Translations under genes and position numbers: made by a program | Assembly (NCBI RefSeq): GCF_000497125.1 | Contig: NC_090600.1 | Location: 1,571,197 to 1,635,196 of the forward strand | Origin: Spironucleus salmonicida | Lineage: Eukaryota | Length of the DNA stretch: 64,000 nt | Reading direction: 5' to 3' | Notes under the pieces: model-generated | What the model was told of the DNA's origin: nothing | The model's database searches: none | Seen by the model: the letters and a program-made list of their open reading frames with translations, nothing else | Shown: one piece after another, positions 10,940 to 23,227 of the stretch | How positions within the stretch are numbered: position 1 is the first letter of the stretch | Layout of the letters: every line of letters starts with the position of its first letter

Positions 10940-13900
10940 TCACTTTATTGAGTCCATAATAGTCACCCGTAGAGTTTCTATAACATGCACTAGTTATGCT
11001 TCTTCCAATATTTTCTCATCTAACTCTTTTTCCATTTATTTCATATCATTATTATATTAGTCTGATATTTGCTATATTTATTTTTCAAATTATTTACATG
11101 CTAATTCTAATGATTCATTTTGAATTATTAAGTTTTACAGTTCTATTAACTATGAACGATTGTGTTCAAACTTATTAATATCTAATTATTAATCTAAGTG
11201 AGTTATTTACTCGATTTAAAGATCCAGTTGTCTCTATGCATCATAATATCTATTTTCATACAATAACAAGTTATCTCCTTGTTCTTAGATCATAATTTCC
11301 ATATTAGTAAATAGTATTTCAAAATCAATTTCTTCATCGTTATCTGCCTGCTCTTCCTTCAAATCGCTATCAGAATATTCATCCACTCGTTCTAAATCAC
11401 GTGGTAACGTTAACAAACGATGTTATATTAGAAATTCTGGAGAGCTTAAATTGACTAGCTGCACTTTCTAATCTATTTTGTTCTTGGCTTCGCCAAGTTT
11501 AAAAATTTAACGTTGGTATTCTTCGAGCTACCTCATTAGCACCTCGACCTGTGAGTCTTTCTCTGCCAGGGCTGCTTTGATGGCGTCCATTTCTGCTATA
11601 TCGACGGCGGGTTCTGCCGCGGAGTCCGATACGTTATTCATCTGCTGCTCGAGGAGCTCATACTCCATTCTCATCTGGTCTAGCTGCGCCTGTAGGGTTT
11701 GCCGCTCATTGTCGCCCGACGCGATAACCTGGCCTTGGTCATTGAGGATCTGCTCGAGTTGCTAGAACTCCTGCGTCTTGTCGTTCAGTTCCTATTGGAG
11801 GCTTTGGATTTACTCCGTTAGGTCTACCAGTACTTCCTCAGTTTGAATTTGCCTGCCTTCTTATTCGCGTAGCTCCTGAACCTACTTTGATAGCGATTCT
11901 CGCTCACATGCCCCACTCGCGATATCGCTATCGAGCTATGCTAAACGGGTCATGGCAGAGGCTGCGTCTGCTTGCATTTAATCATTCGCCTCGACCAATT
12001 CCAAAATTTAACGTTGGTATTCTTCGAGCTACCTCATTAGCACCTCGACCTGTGAGTCTTTCTCTGCCAGGGCTGCTTTGATGGCGTCCATTTCTGCTAT
12101 ATCGACGGCGGGTTCTGCCGCGGAGTCCGATACGTTATTCATCTGCTGCTCGAGGAGCTCATACTCCATTCTCATCTGGTCTAGCTGCGCCTGTAGGGTT
12201 TGCCGCTCATTGTCGCCCGACGCGATAACCTGGCCTTGGTCATTGAGGATCTGCTCGAGTTGCTAGAACTCCTGCGTCTTGTCGTTCAGTTCCTATTGGA
12301 GGCTTTGGATTTACTCCGTTAGGTCTACCAGTACTTCCTCAGTTTGAATTTGCCTGCCTTCTTATTCGCGTAGCTCCTGAACCTACTTTGATAGCGATTC
12401 TCGCTCACATGCCCCACTCGCGATATCGCTATCGAGCTATGCTAAACGGGTCATGGCAGAGGCTGCGTCTGCTTGCATTTAATCATTCGCCTCGACCAAT
12501 TCCAAAATTTAACGTTGGTATTCTTCGAGCTACCTCATTAGCACCTCGACCTGTGAGTCTTTCTCTGCCAGGGCTGCTTTGATGGCGTCCATTTCTGCTA
12601 TATCGACGGCGGGTTCTGCCGCGGAGTCCGATACGTTATTCATCTGCTGCTCGAGGAGCTCATACTCCATTCTCATCTGGTCTAGCTGCGCCTGTAGGGT
12701 TTGCCGCTCATTGTCGCCCGACGCGATAACCTGGCCTTGGTCATTGAGGATCTGCTCGAGTTGCTAGAACTCCTGCGTCTTGTCGTTCAGTTCCTATTGG
12801 AGGCTTTGGATTTACTCCGTTAGGTCTACCAGTACTTCCTCAGTTTGAATTTGCCTGCCTTCTTATTCGCGTAGCTCCTGAACCTACTTTGATAGCGATT
12901 CTCGCTCACATGCCCCACTCGCGATATCGCTATCGAGCTATGCTAAACGGGTCATGGCAGAGGCTGCGTCTGCTTGCATTTAATCATTCGCCTCGACCAA
13001 TTCCAAAATTTAACGTTGGTATTCTTCGAGCTACCTCATTAGCACCTCGACCTGTGAGTCTTTCTCTGCCAGGGCTGCTTTGATGGCGTCCATTTCTGCT
13101 ATATCGACGGCGGGTTCTGCCGCGGAGTCCGATACGTTATTCATCTGCTGCTCGAGGAGCTCATACTCCATTCTCATCTGGTCTAGCTGCGCCTGTAGGG
13201 TTTGCCGCTCATTGTCGCCCGACGCGATAACCTGGCCTTGGTCATTGAGGATCTGCTCGAGTTGCTAGAACTCCTGCGTCTTGTCGTTCAGTTCCTATTG
13301 GAGGCTTTGGATTTACTCCGTTAGGTCTACCAGTACTTCCTCAGTTTGAATTTGCCTGCCTTCTTATTCGCGTAGCTCCTGAACCTACTTTGATAGCGAT
13401 TCTCGCTCACATGCCCCACTCGCGATATCGCTATCGAGCTATGCTAAACGGGTCATGGCAGAGGCTGCGTCTGCTTGCATTTAATCATTCGCCTCGACCA
13501 ATTCCAAAATTTAACGTTGGTATTCTTCGAGCTACCTCATTAGCACCTCGACCTGTGAGTCTTTCTCTGCCAGGGCTGCTTTGATGGCGTCCATTTCTGC
13601 TATATCGACGGCGGGTTCTGCCGCGGAGTCCGATACGTTATTCATCTGCTGCTCGAGGAGCTCATACTCCATTCTCATCTGGTCTAGCTGCGCCTGTAGG
13701 GTTTGCCGCTCATTGTCGCCCGACGCGATAACCTGGCCTTGGTCATTGAGGATCTGCTCGAGTTGCTAGAACTCCTGCGTCTTGTCGTTCAGTTCCTATT
13801 GGAGGCTTTGGATTTACTCCGTTAGGTCTACCAGTACTTCCTCAGTTTGAATTTGCCTGCCTTCTTATTCGCGTAGCTCCTGAACCTACTTTGATAGCGA

Positions 13901-14650
13901 TTCTCGCTCACATGCCCCACTCGCGATATCGCTATCGAGCTATGCTAAACGGGTCATGGCAGAGGCTGCGTCTGCTTGCATTTAATCATTCGCCTCGACC
14001 AATTCCAAAATTTAACGTTGGTATTCTTCGAGCTACCTCATTAGCACCTCGACCTGTGAGTCTTTCTCTGCCAGGGCTGCTTTGATGGCGTCCATTTCTG
14101 CTATATCGACGGCGGGTTCTGCCGCGGAGTCCGATACGTTATTCATCTGCTGCTCGAGGAGCTCATACTCCATTCTCATCTGGTCTAGCTGCGCCTGTAG
14201 GGTTTGCCGCTCATTGTCGCCCGACGCGATAACCTGGCCTTGGTCATTGAGGATCTGTTCTAACTACAATATTTATGTATCTTTTAGTTTAATCTATTCT
14301 AAACTAAACGTATCTTAACTATTATCATGTTTTAATAGCTCTTATACTTAACATGATTTTTTATCAATTAATATTGCTTGTTTATGAACCAACTCATTTA
14401 ATTATGAAATTTCTACTTATAAATCTTTCTCTAAAAATTCATATCGCTCCAGATTCTATTTCTATGTTTCGACAATGTATCTAAGTTCTTCATATTCAAA
14501 TTTTTACTCCATCTCTAGGTTACTGGAAAATGAATCTAATGTTAATCCTTTTTTAACTTTTTATGAAAGTAATTAGTTTTCGAGCACAAGTTCTGCATTT
14601 TTGAGCCTCTATTAATTTAATAATTTCATTAAATTAGGGCTGATATTCAT
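10940..14650 (-). CDS. long coiled-coil protein with 167-aa tandem repeats (1236 aa)
   Basis: MNISPNLMKLLNQQRLKNAELVLENQ... reads in frame through the repeat (EQILNDQGQVIASGDNERQTLQAQLDQMRMEYELLEQQMNN...) to ...MDSIK* (AAGTGA). Confidence 0.8.
11502..14257. repeat. intragenic tandem repeat, 501-bp unit x ~5.5
   Basis: Unit starts at 11502, 12003, 12504, 13005, 13506 and 14007; the ORF track repeats identically every 501 bp; markedly GC-richer than the flanks. Confidence 0.97.
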
Positions 14651-14719
14651 TATTTAAATGTTGGAAATTCATAATTAAAATATAATACTATTATTTTTGA
14701 TATTTCACGTTTCTCTTCA

Positions 14720-15262
14720 ATGCATCTTCTCATTACTGGAAGTGTTGGCACAGGTAAAACTTCGCTATCTAATATTTTGGGTGCAAAACTTAATATTGAG
14801 GTGATACATATTTCTGATTTAATTATTGACTAAAAATTATACAAGTAATATGATGAGTTGTTTGATTCTTATATCCCAGATGAAGATAGAATAATTCAGT
14901 ACTTTAAAGAAAAGATTATTTCAAAACATAAAGATTTTATTATAGATCATCATAGCTTTGATATTTTTAGTAATAAATTTTTAGACCTAACAATTGTTTT
15001 ACATTCAGATCTTAAAGTTTTGAAATAAAGACTTTCTCTCAGACAGTATTCAGAAAAGAAAATAGATGAAAATTTATAATGTGAAATTATGGATGTAGTA
15101 GCTGATGAGGCATATAGGAGATTTAAAAATATTTTAGAATTAACAAATGACACTAACGAAGATTAAGCTAAAAATATTGATATAATTATAATGGCGTTAA
15201 ATAAATTGAAATCTGCATAAAAAGAAGGTTATGAAGAAGAATGGGAGACAGATGAAGAATGA
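14720..15262 (+). CDS. AK6: adenylate kinase 6 / Fap7 (hCINAP) family
   Basis: MHLLITGSVGTGKTSLS...LYKQYDELFDSYIPDED...FIIDHHSFD...RLSLRQYSEKKIDENLQCEIMDVVADEA. Confidence 0.88.
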
Positions 15263-15316
15263 TCAAATATTAGAAAAAATTAAATTGGTTTAATTTATAT
15301 TTAATTACTATATAAT

Positions 15317-16252
15317 ATGAATCTAGTATATAATAAATTAATGTAGTCTGAACCTTCTACAACTACTTAAGAAAATACTAATTTATAGGATACTTAACCA
15401 CCTCTAAGAACTACTTATTTACATGCAAAAATTTAAGAAAATCTATCGATTAAAATTCTGAAGGAAGAGAATTACTTTACACCACATTAATTTACACGTT
15501 ATTTTGATGTCATTAAGTTGACACCATTTCTCACCAATTCTGGTTCAATTTAGCAATTAATATCATCTATTCACTCCTGTAGTAATGAATCACAGTATTT
15601 TCCAGCTTCAAATGTACTTAAAAAAGAATATTTTATATCTTAATCTGAAGAAGAAACTCTCGTCACAGTTGCTCTTAAACCACCTTTTTCGTTTGTATGG
15701 TCTATAATTATTACATTTGCACGTCTCGACTACGATATTATTTATCCATGCGCAAGTTTCGAGCTAATTTTATCATAAGAGCCACTGTGCGTGTTCCCAG
15801 CGTTTAAAGCTAATTTTGATCTAAAAATAACTGATAAACCTCAAACTTTCTCACTCCCTCAAAATCTGCCCTGTGTTCGTTTTGCTCATTTTAAGTTTTC
15901 AAAAGCACTTTAAAGGTCCCCTTTATCACTATAGAAAATGCTTTCCATCTCTAATATTGAGGCTAGTGGCGTATCTCTAGATTTTCTAGCATTAAATGCT
16001 ATGTATGCAAGAAATTCAAGTAGAATTTCTTCTAAATTGACCCGTACTAGCCTGATTGGAAGAGATAGTTTACGCCAGGCAGTAACTAGTGTAAAGGGTT
16101 TTGAACAGACTCTGGAGACTATTAACGTGATAGCAGAATAACATGAGCATAGAAAGGCTATTGCACGAGGACTTGACTTGCCTGTTTAGCTTACATAGGG
16201 TGAGTCAGTGGAAATAATTGAAAACTGTATTTTTACGAAAAAATGGTTCTGA
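15317..16252 (+). CDS. hypothetical protein (weak resemblance to RNA polymerase largest-subunit C-terminus)
   Basis: Table-6 ORF including track ORF 15938-16141; ends ...FTKKWF*. Confidence 0.6.
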
Positions 16253-16264
16253 GAATCACTAAGG

Positions 16265-17161
16265 TCAAGGGTCATTCGACAAAATTGCTAGCTACTCTTT
16301 CAGTATCTTGGATTATTACTCTAATTAAATAATCCGCTCATCGTCGATTGATGCTTTCTCGTTCAAATTATCGATAATCTACTTTAGAATTGCCACTTTT
16401 TCTGGTTATTATAGAGTGAGATTTTGGATTTCCGTATGATAGTCTAAAACTTACGATTTTAGGATCTGAATTGTTTTTAGTTACTAATCAATTAGTAGCT
16501 AAGATTCATCAATATTCTCATGAATGACACTCTTAGTGGTAGAGTTAGACTTTGAAGATAACGCCAAAATATCTTTTTAAGCTTCATTTTCGCTCGCTTC
16601 CGCGCTCAATGCTTTCTAGAACTGAAGTTTCCTCATATCAGCCTCTTATTTATCATATTTATCATTCAGAATACTAATAATTTTGCTCTATTTTTCTACA
16701 GTTTAAGTCAAATCAATCATTTAATTCACCATTTTATCTTGCAACGCTTCTACTTCATCTACGATAACATTTTCAGTAATGCTTTTTGGTGTATTTCTTA
16801 AATTCTAATTTTGATCATTTATCTACTAGCCTTTAAGTCGTTTGTTTTCGGTCCTAATTTCGTCCAGTGTAGAATTTAGCTATTCCAGATTGTGCTTCAA
16901 AATTGAGTTCTCACGTTAGTTTTCATGTGCAATTTTTTCGAGTTTAGATGTAGCTATGGTATTATAATCTTTTGACTACATTTCCTGGATTTTAATTTTT
17001 AGCATAGAAATTTCCGCCTTTAGAGCTGGAATGTTACCAGGATTAGACTGCGGTGTTGGTAGTGTCACTGAGTTTAAAAAACTTATTTCATCGTTAGCAG
17101 CCTATAAATCTAATAATAGTTTGGCGTTGATGTGCTAAAGCTATTTATACTGCCGTTCCAT
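16265..17161 (-). CDS. coiled-coil hypothetical protein (298 aa)
   Basis: MERQYKQLQHINAKLLLDLQAANDEISF...LKEQLAILSNDP*. Confidence 0.7.
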
Positions 17162-17220
17162 TTTTATATTAGTTAAAAATAATATAATAACATACCTAAT
17201 GATTTTTTCACTTCATATTG

Positions 17221-18930
17221 ATGTTCTCACAAACTCCATAATAACTCAAGACGCTTCTTACACAGTTCAATATCAATGATGACGTCGTAGAGTGCTTATT
17301 AGAAGATGTAAGAACATAAAATTTTGAAAACAAAATATCAACTTACTATGAAAATGGAGAGGTACGCACATATATTGATATCGAAAGCCAGTATTAAATA
17401 AATCCATTGTTATTAGCAGCTATGACAGATTAAGTTAAATTTTAGAATATTTCTGATAGTCTAGAACTTCCCAATCTACTCAACTATGCTGCAAAAGTTT
17501 AATCTTCTGTAGTCCTTCTTCCATGCTAGTTTGTTGTTCCTAGCTATTATAAAGATATTTATGAAAATTCAACAGATACACATTCACTATGTTTAGACGA
17601 TATCATAGTGAGAAAAGGTATTTTTAGTGTGGAGGGGAGAAATTTGATAGATTTAGACTTTATGGAGGGTTCACTAGGGTCAGTATATAGTAGTAGTATC
17701 TGTTTCAATTTCTCGCACAATCCAATGCTGAAACTATCTCAAATACGGAAATTTTTAGAAATTAATTAATTTAAAGCTAAATAGATTATAGCTGTAAACA
17801 TCAATATTGATTGTGACTTATAAGATGAGATTACATTAGACTAGAAGTTATTATAGGAGTCGTACTTTCTTAACTTTGTTGATACTAGTTAAGAGTATAG
17901 CTATCAAAATTGTAAAAAAGTATTTATAGATTAATCGGATTTACCTAAGTTAACCACCACTTAATTTCCAAATATGAAAGATCTATGTGTATCATTTTCA
18001 ACAGAATTTTAACTATCCACATAAATTTAAAAGTAATTAACAAGTATAAATAATTAGTAGTTTAATAAAAATATTTTTTTTATTATTAACAACGAGGTTA
18101 CACTCGATTATCAGTAAATAAATACGATTAAAAATGATTTTGATGAGAAAATTTCAAGAGCTAAAATTTTGTTTACTGAGCCTATAGAAAGAACTACACT
18201 CAATAATGGCTAAATTTTGCTAACAAATACAGAAAATAATGCTGCATTCGTCTTCTTTGAAGGCCTAATCAATAATAAAGCTACTTTAACATCACTTTCA
18301 GAGTCTAATATCCTTAATATTTACCACTAATAAAACAACCAAGTTTTCCAGATATTGATACAAAAAGAGTAAATTCTCAAAAATCAGCCTTTATATCTAT
18401 TCCAGTCATTTTGGCCCTAAAAGCTAGCTCAAGAAAACGCTTTTTTGAACCTTATATTCTCCCAAAAGAAATTTCCTAAACTGCAATTTCCATCATTTGA
18501 CAACTCTTCTATTTTCAATGTAATCCGCCAACTTAACGCATCATCTATAATTTCTAAAGAGCCTATTATTGGTTATTTTGAACCAATGCCAATTTCTATT
18601 TCTCTCTTATGCTGCTGCTAATCTAGCTAGTTCATCTCTGAACTTTTCACTCTTCATAACAAATTTGAGGCCATCCAGCTTCTCTTGTCTGGTCAAATTA
18701 AAAATTTGATCCCTTTCACTCCTGAAAAAAATGTCGTTATCTAGATCAACGAGGGAGTGGTTTAACAATTTACAATTGAATTCAAAAACGCTAAATAGCC
18801 AGAATTTAGCGTTTTAGATTAAAATGTTTCACCGTACATCGCTTAGCTGAAGCAGCAATTTGGCTCTGAAAACTTGACTGTTATTTGCGATTTGGACTGC
18901 AAATTCTTCTCTATTTTGTAGATTAAGTGA
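17221..18930 (+). CDS. hypothetical protein
   Basis: MFSQTPQQLKTLLTQFNINDDVVECLLED... frame 1 to AAGTGA; TCACTT just upstream of the ATG. Confidence 0.65.
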
Positions 18931-18941
18931 TGTCCAAAACC

Positions 18942-19526
18942 TCATTTTCTATAATTATTTACTAAAATTTTAGGCACCACCACGTCAAAAACCCAATAAA
19001 TATGACCCAGAATATACCCAATTATCATTGGTAAAAGTGACCTTTTGTTAATATATCTGATTAGCATATTTAGGAATGGAAGAACCGGTGCCTAGAGAGG
19101 GAGAAATCCCATGAACACAAAAAGTGAATCTGGATTCAATCTGACCCAAAGGTATGTAATAGCTCCAAAAAAGCAAGAGGATGCCTCTTTGATTACTAGG
19201 AAATATGCAAAAATAACAGTAAACGTGTAAATATAGAACAGGAATCCAATAAGCTTTTTTACTTTTCCAGCGAAAAATGATTTTTCAAGCTGTGAAATAT
19301 AGTTTATATTATTAATGAAGAAGAATATATTGAAAAGTGAAAGTTTTCCTAAGTAGAGGACACCGGTTATTAGGCGGTAATACTCACCAGCCGTGATAGT
19401 GTAAAAATCTAACGTAAAAGCATATTTAGAGCAAATATTAAAAGTTGTTAGTAAAGATAAAGTTAGTGAAGATAAAAGAATTGTTGCAGAAATAGGACTT
19501 TATAGCATCTATGGTATGTTCTGCAT
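18942..19526 (-). CDS. Derlin (DER1 family, ERAD membrane protein)
   Basis: EYYRLITGVLYLG...YISQLEKSFF...ITYLWVRLNP...QAPVLPF...GYILGHIYWVFDVVVP, matching Derlin motifs. Confidence 0.88.
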
Positions 19527-19571
19527 TTTTTAAGTTTTAAATATTTGAAATATTATATAATATTAAATTGA

Positions 19572-21482
19572 TCATATTTCTAACTATTCAATAGTTACAT
19601 CAATTGGTACACCTTGAGCTTATAATGTGTGCAAAGCATCTTTCATTTTATTTTTCTGTTTTTCCAATTACTGTGTTTAAAAATCTACTTGCGCCATGGA
19701 TGCATCTAGAAGTCTGCGTTACTATGCTATGTCTGTATATTCCTTGGAAATATCCAGGAATTTTTCATGTTCATATTATTACTATTTTTCAATCTATTCA
19801 AAATCAATAAATACTTTTGCATCTTCAAATCTTGGTGATGTTCCAATTACAGTTAATGGTATTGTTGGTACATTATACTAATTTCTAGAATATTATAGCT
19901 ACTGTGAGGTTCCTGAATTTAATTAAAACTATTTTATAGAATCTTAATTAATAGCCTCAGCATATTTCAGTGGCTATTATGAGTCATTGCTCTATGGCAT
20001 ACTAGAAAATTATTGTGATGGATTTAAAATGGTTACTGGGATACTTTGTATTGTAATCTTAGTCGGCGATGTTGTTTTTTTAGAAATCTAATTGGTTTAA
20101 TTCTGGTTTTTGGTTCCATTTAATGGTTATGATTATTATAATGAACTATTCTATTATGTATATGTAGAATGGTTCCCAGCAGTGCTTAGTTTTAGTTGCT
20201 CCGTATATTAACTATTTCCTTACTATGATTAATGCTAAGGACCTATCATATATTATTATTAATACTATGGTTAGACTTATTATATTTATTATGGTACTTA
20301 TTGTTATTAAATCTATGGGAATTAAACATATTATAAGGGCTATAACGGCATTTATTGAGCATTACTATAACTTTACTGTAGTACTGGAGTAGGTTAGAGT
20401 TGAATGCGCTATTGTTAAATTGGTAGCTATTAACTCTAGTATAATTGCTAGTTAGGAACCACTTAAATTGGCTATTATATGTATTAAACTTATGGATAAA
20501 CCTATTTCTACTATTAAATTGGTAATACTTGTTATTATTAATTTATATTTTAACTATATGATTATATATTAGGGGATAAGGATTAGTGTTATGGTTAATA
20601 CTAAGCAAAAGATTATTCTCTAGGTAAAACCTATTAAGACAATTGCTGAATTTACTACTGCTGAGGTTAACTATTTTATTATTAATATTATTACTATGGT
20701 TGTACTTTTTATTGATAAATTTGATTATTACCATTTGATTTTATGTACTAATCATCTTATAATGCACGAAAGCTCTATTATTACTCGATACAAACATCAT
20801 CATAGTCATTTTCCATTGAGTTAAGACTTTCTGCTATTAAATCATCTTTAGTCGACTCTCTTTATAGATGGGCTCTTTCTGGCTATAAAGACTATTTAAT
20901 ATCGTCATAATATTATGACGTAGGTTATACTGGTATACGTGCTGAATCTACCCATTTATAAGTATCAGTTACTTATTTTTCGCCGAAAACGTATTTTTAT
21001 GATAAATTTTTAACACGATCTAGTTCTTTTTGCTTTTATTTCAATCTCATTTATGCAACATCTTCATTATGTTAAGCTTTCTTAATTGAAGATGAACTTG
21101 ACCGAGATAATTCTTTAGCAGAACTTTATTACTTTTATAATTACTTAGATAATTCTTCAATTCTACATTACAGTGAAAAACATTCTTTTTTATATTTCAT
21201 TGCCGAATTTTCAAATTTTTATGCTTTTCCTTTTTAAATATCTAAATTTTATTTGTTAAGCGGTTCGATATCATCTAAAAGCTATAAAGTTTACTAAAAT
21301 GCATATGCAAGCTCGTATAAATCACGCTATGTAGGTTAAACTAAATTGATTGTGTGTAATATCCCATAATTTCTTGTTCTGCGTGAAATTTATCTAGATA
21401 ACTCGTAAAGTTCGTCATCAACAACGTGTGGTGTTAATCTTTATGTAAGTTTGTATTAATCAGAATTTACCTACTGATACAT
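19572..21482 (-). CDS. coiled-coil protein with central Q/N/P-rich low-complexity region (636 aa)
   Basis: MYQQVNSDQYKLTQRLTPHVVDDELYELSRQ...; poly-Gln tracts encoded largely by TAA/TAG (~19900-20740); ends ...TIEQLEI*. Confidence 0.7.
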
Positions 21483-21532
21483 TTCCAAAATCTATAATTA
21501 TTTATGATAGATATATAATATTTTAATATAAA

Positions 21533-22486
21533 ATGAGTATGCCTTTTGGCGAGACAGCTACATATGAAACCTTAAGCTAGCAATATGGCTCCCAATTTAA
21601 AAAATTAGATATAGAGTAACAACTAGAGTTCTATCAAAATCTATCCTATGATGACAGCTTTAAAATAAAATTATTAACAACATAAAGAATTGGTTATGGT
21701 TTTAATAAAATAGTTATAAATGAAGATAAGTATAGATTGTTAAATAAATCTCCTTTTCTTACATTTAAAGACTTTTCCATTAGTATAATGAAAAAGTTTT
21801 TTGAAAAGCCTACGTAACTTTCATTAAAAGAATCCGACCAATCAGAAGATAACTCACTATTTAATGATTTTAAAGACTCATTAAAGCTATCAATATTGCC
21901 CCCATAAGGTATTTGCTTAGCGTGTGTTGTGAATGATAATTTCGTAGTTCCAAATATTATTGAATTAACGGCATTATTAAGTATTATTGTCGAAAGAAGA
22001 TTTAAATACAACACAAAATTACTATTTCCAGTTGATATTCAGACTAATATGTAAGGAGATATAATAAATCTTGAAAGCATCCCTATTTTTAATCAAAAAT
22101 AAACGGATACTATAGAATATTTAAGTCTATAATATGGTATGTTTATTAAAACATAATAAGGTTGCCTTATGTCTACAATATGGAAGGAAGCCAAGAGAAT
22201 TTCTTCAACAATTTCATAAGATATAATATTTTCGGGAATTGAAAAATAAGAATCTCTAATGGATTATATGTTGGATCCATATTATAACGTTGAATTAGAT
22301 GATTAAATGTGGACTGGATGGATAGTTATTAATGGATACATTGATTGGGACAAAGATTTATTCGATCATCCTTAAAATTGGTAAGAACTTTTATTATTAA
22401 TATAATAATTTACATAGTATGGGGACGAATAATTTAACTAAATTATTGCTAATACTTTAGGTAAAAAGTATCTTAATGGTTGGTGA
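21533..22486 (+). CDS. hypothetical protein
   Basis: MSMPFGETATYETLSQQYGSQF...GKKYLNGW*. Confidence 0.65.
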
Positions 22487-22507
22487 TTGTTTATAATAAT
22501 ATATATT

Positions 22508-23179
22508 ATGGTAGTCATTTTATATTTTATAATGTTTACGGCATCTCCTCCACTATAGGATGATATTAGAGTTTTAGCTGATGTGTTTTGGCGCTATGCC
22601 AAGTGTTCAAAATCATAAAAATATAGAATATCATCTTATTTTGTGTTTATCGGTTGTCCTAGGCTTAGACTAACTGAAACTACAACTGTTATTCAAAAAT
22701 CAATTACTTCTAGATTTATAGAGAAAGTATATCCCCCTAATGATTCAATCTTTTCTATAAGTAGTTTATAGCTTACAAATTCTCGACCGTTTAAAGTGTA
22801 ATTTTAATAGGCGATAACAGCTGGTGGTGAGCTAAGATAATTTGGTTCAAAGAAATATAAAATAAGTAACTCTGAATAGTTCCTTTTTGCTTCGCCATTT
22901 GCTAGCGATTTTGTAATCTAGGTTTAAAGGATATAGTAGTGGGATGATGAAATATAAGGTGTTTTAGAAAAACGGGTTGGTTAAATATAAATATTTAGTG
23001 GCACATATTGTAATTTTGAAGTTAGTGGTGGTATTATTGAGAAGAACAATGAGAAAAATAATTTTATTGAAATAGTAATACTTTTTACGTAGTTCGATTA
23101 GTTTGGTGAGGTTGAATGTAAAACTAGTGCTGAAGAATTTTTAAATTTGCTTAAAAAATTATCGGGAGAATTATAATGA
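22508..23179 (+). CDS. hypothetical protein (start may be the in-frame ATG at 22532)
   Basis: ...MFTASPPLQDDIRVLADVFWRYAK...LSGELQ*. Confidence 0.6.
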
Positions 23180-23227
23180 TTATTTAATATATTATACAGT
23201 ATAATATTATGTTTTATCCACTCTAAG

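Noticed and set aside
11502-14257. CRISPR array or mobile element
   Set aside because: There are no spacers, terminal repeats or transposase/RT motifs; the unit is an in-frame coding repeat.
11577-14318. Repeated 62/64-aa plus-strand ORFs in the track
   Set aside because: They are antisense shadows of the minus-strand coiled-coil gene; periodicity comes from the 501-bp repeat.
17199-17279. Upstream ATG 17199 as the start of the 17221 gene
   Set aside because: It is out of frame and hits TGA after 26 codons; a homopolymer error cannot be excluded but is unsupported. The same applies to ATGs at 23209, 27113 and 43853.
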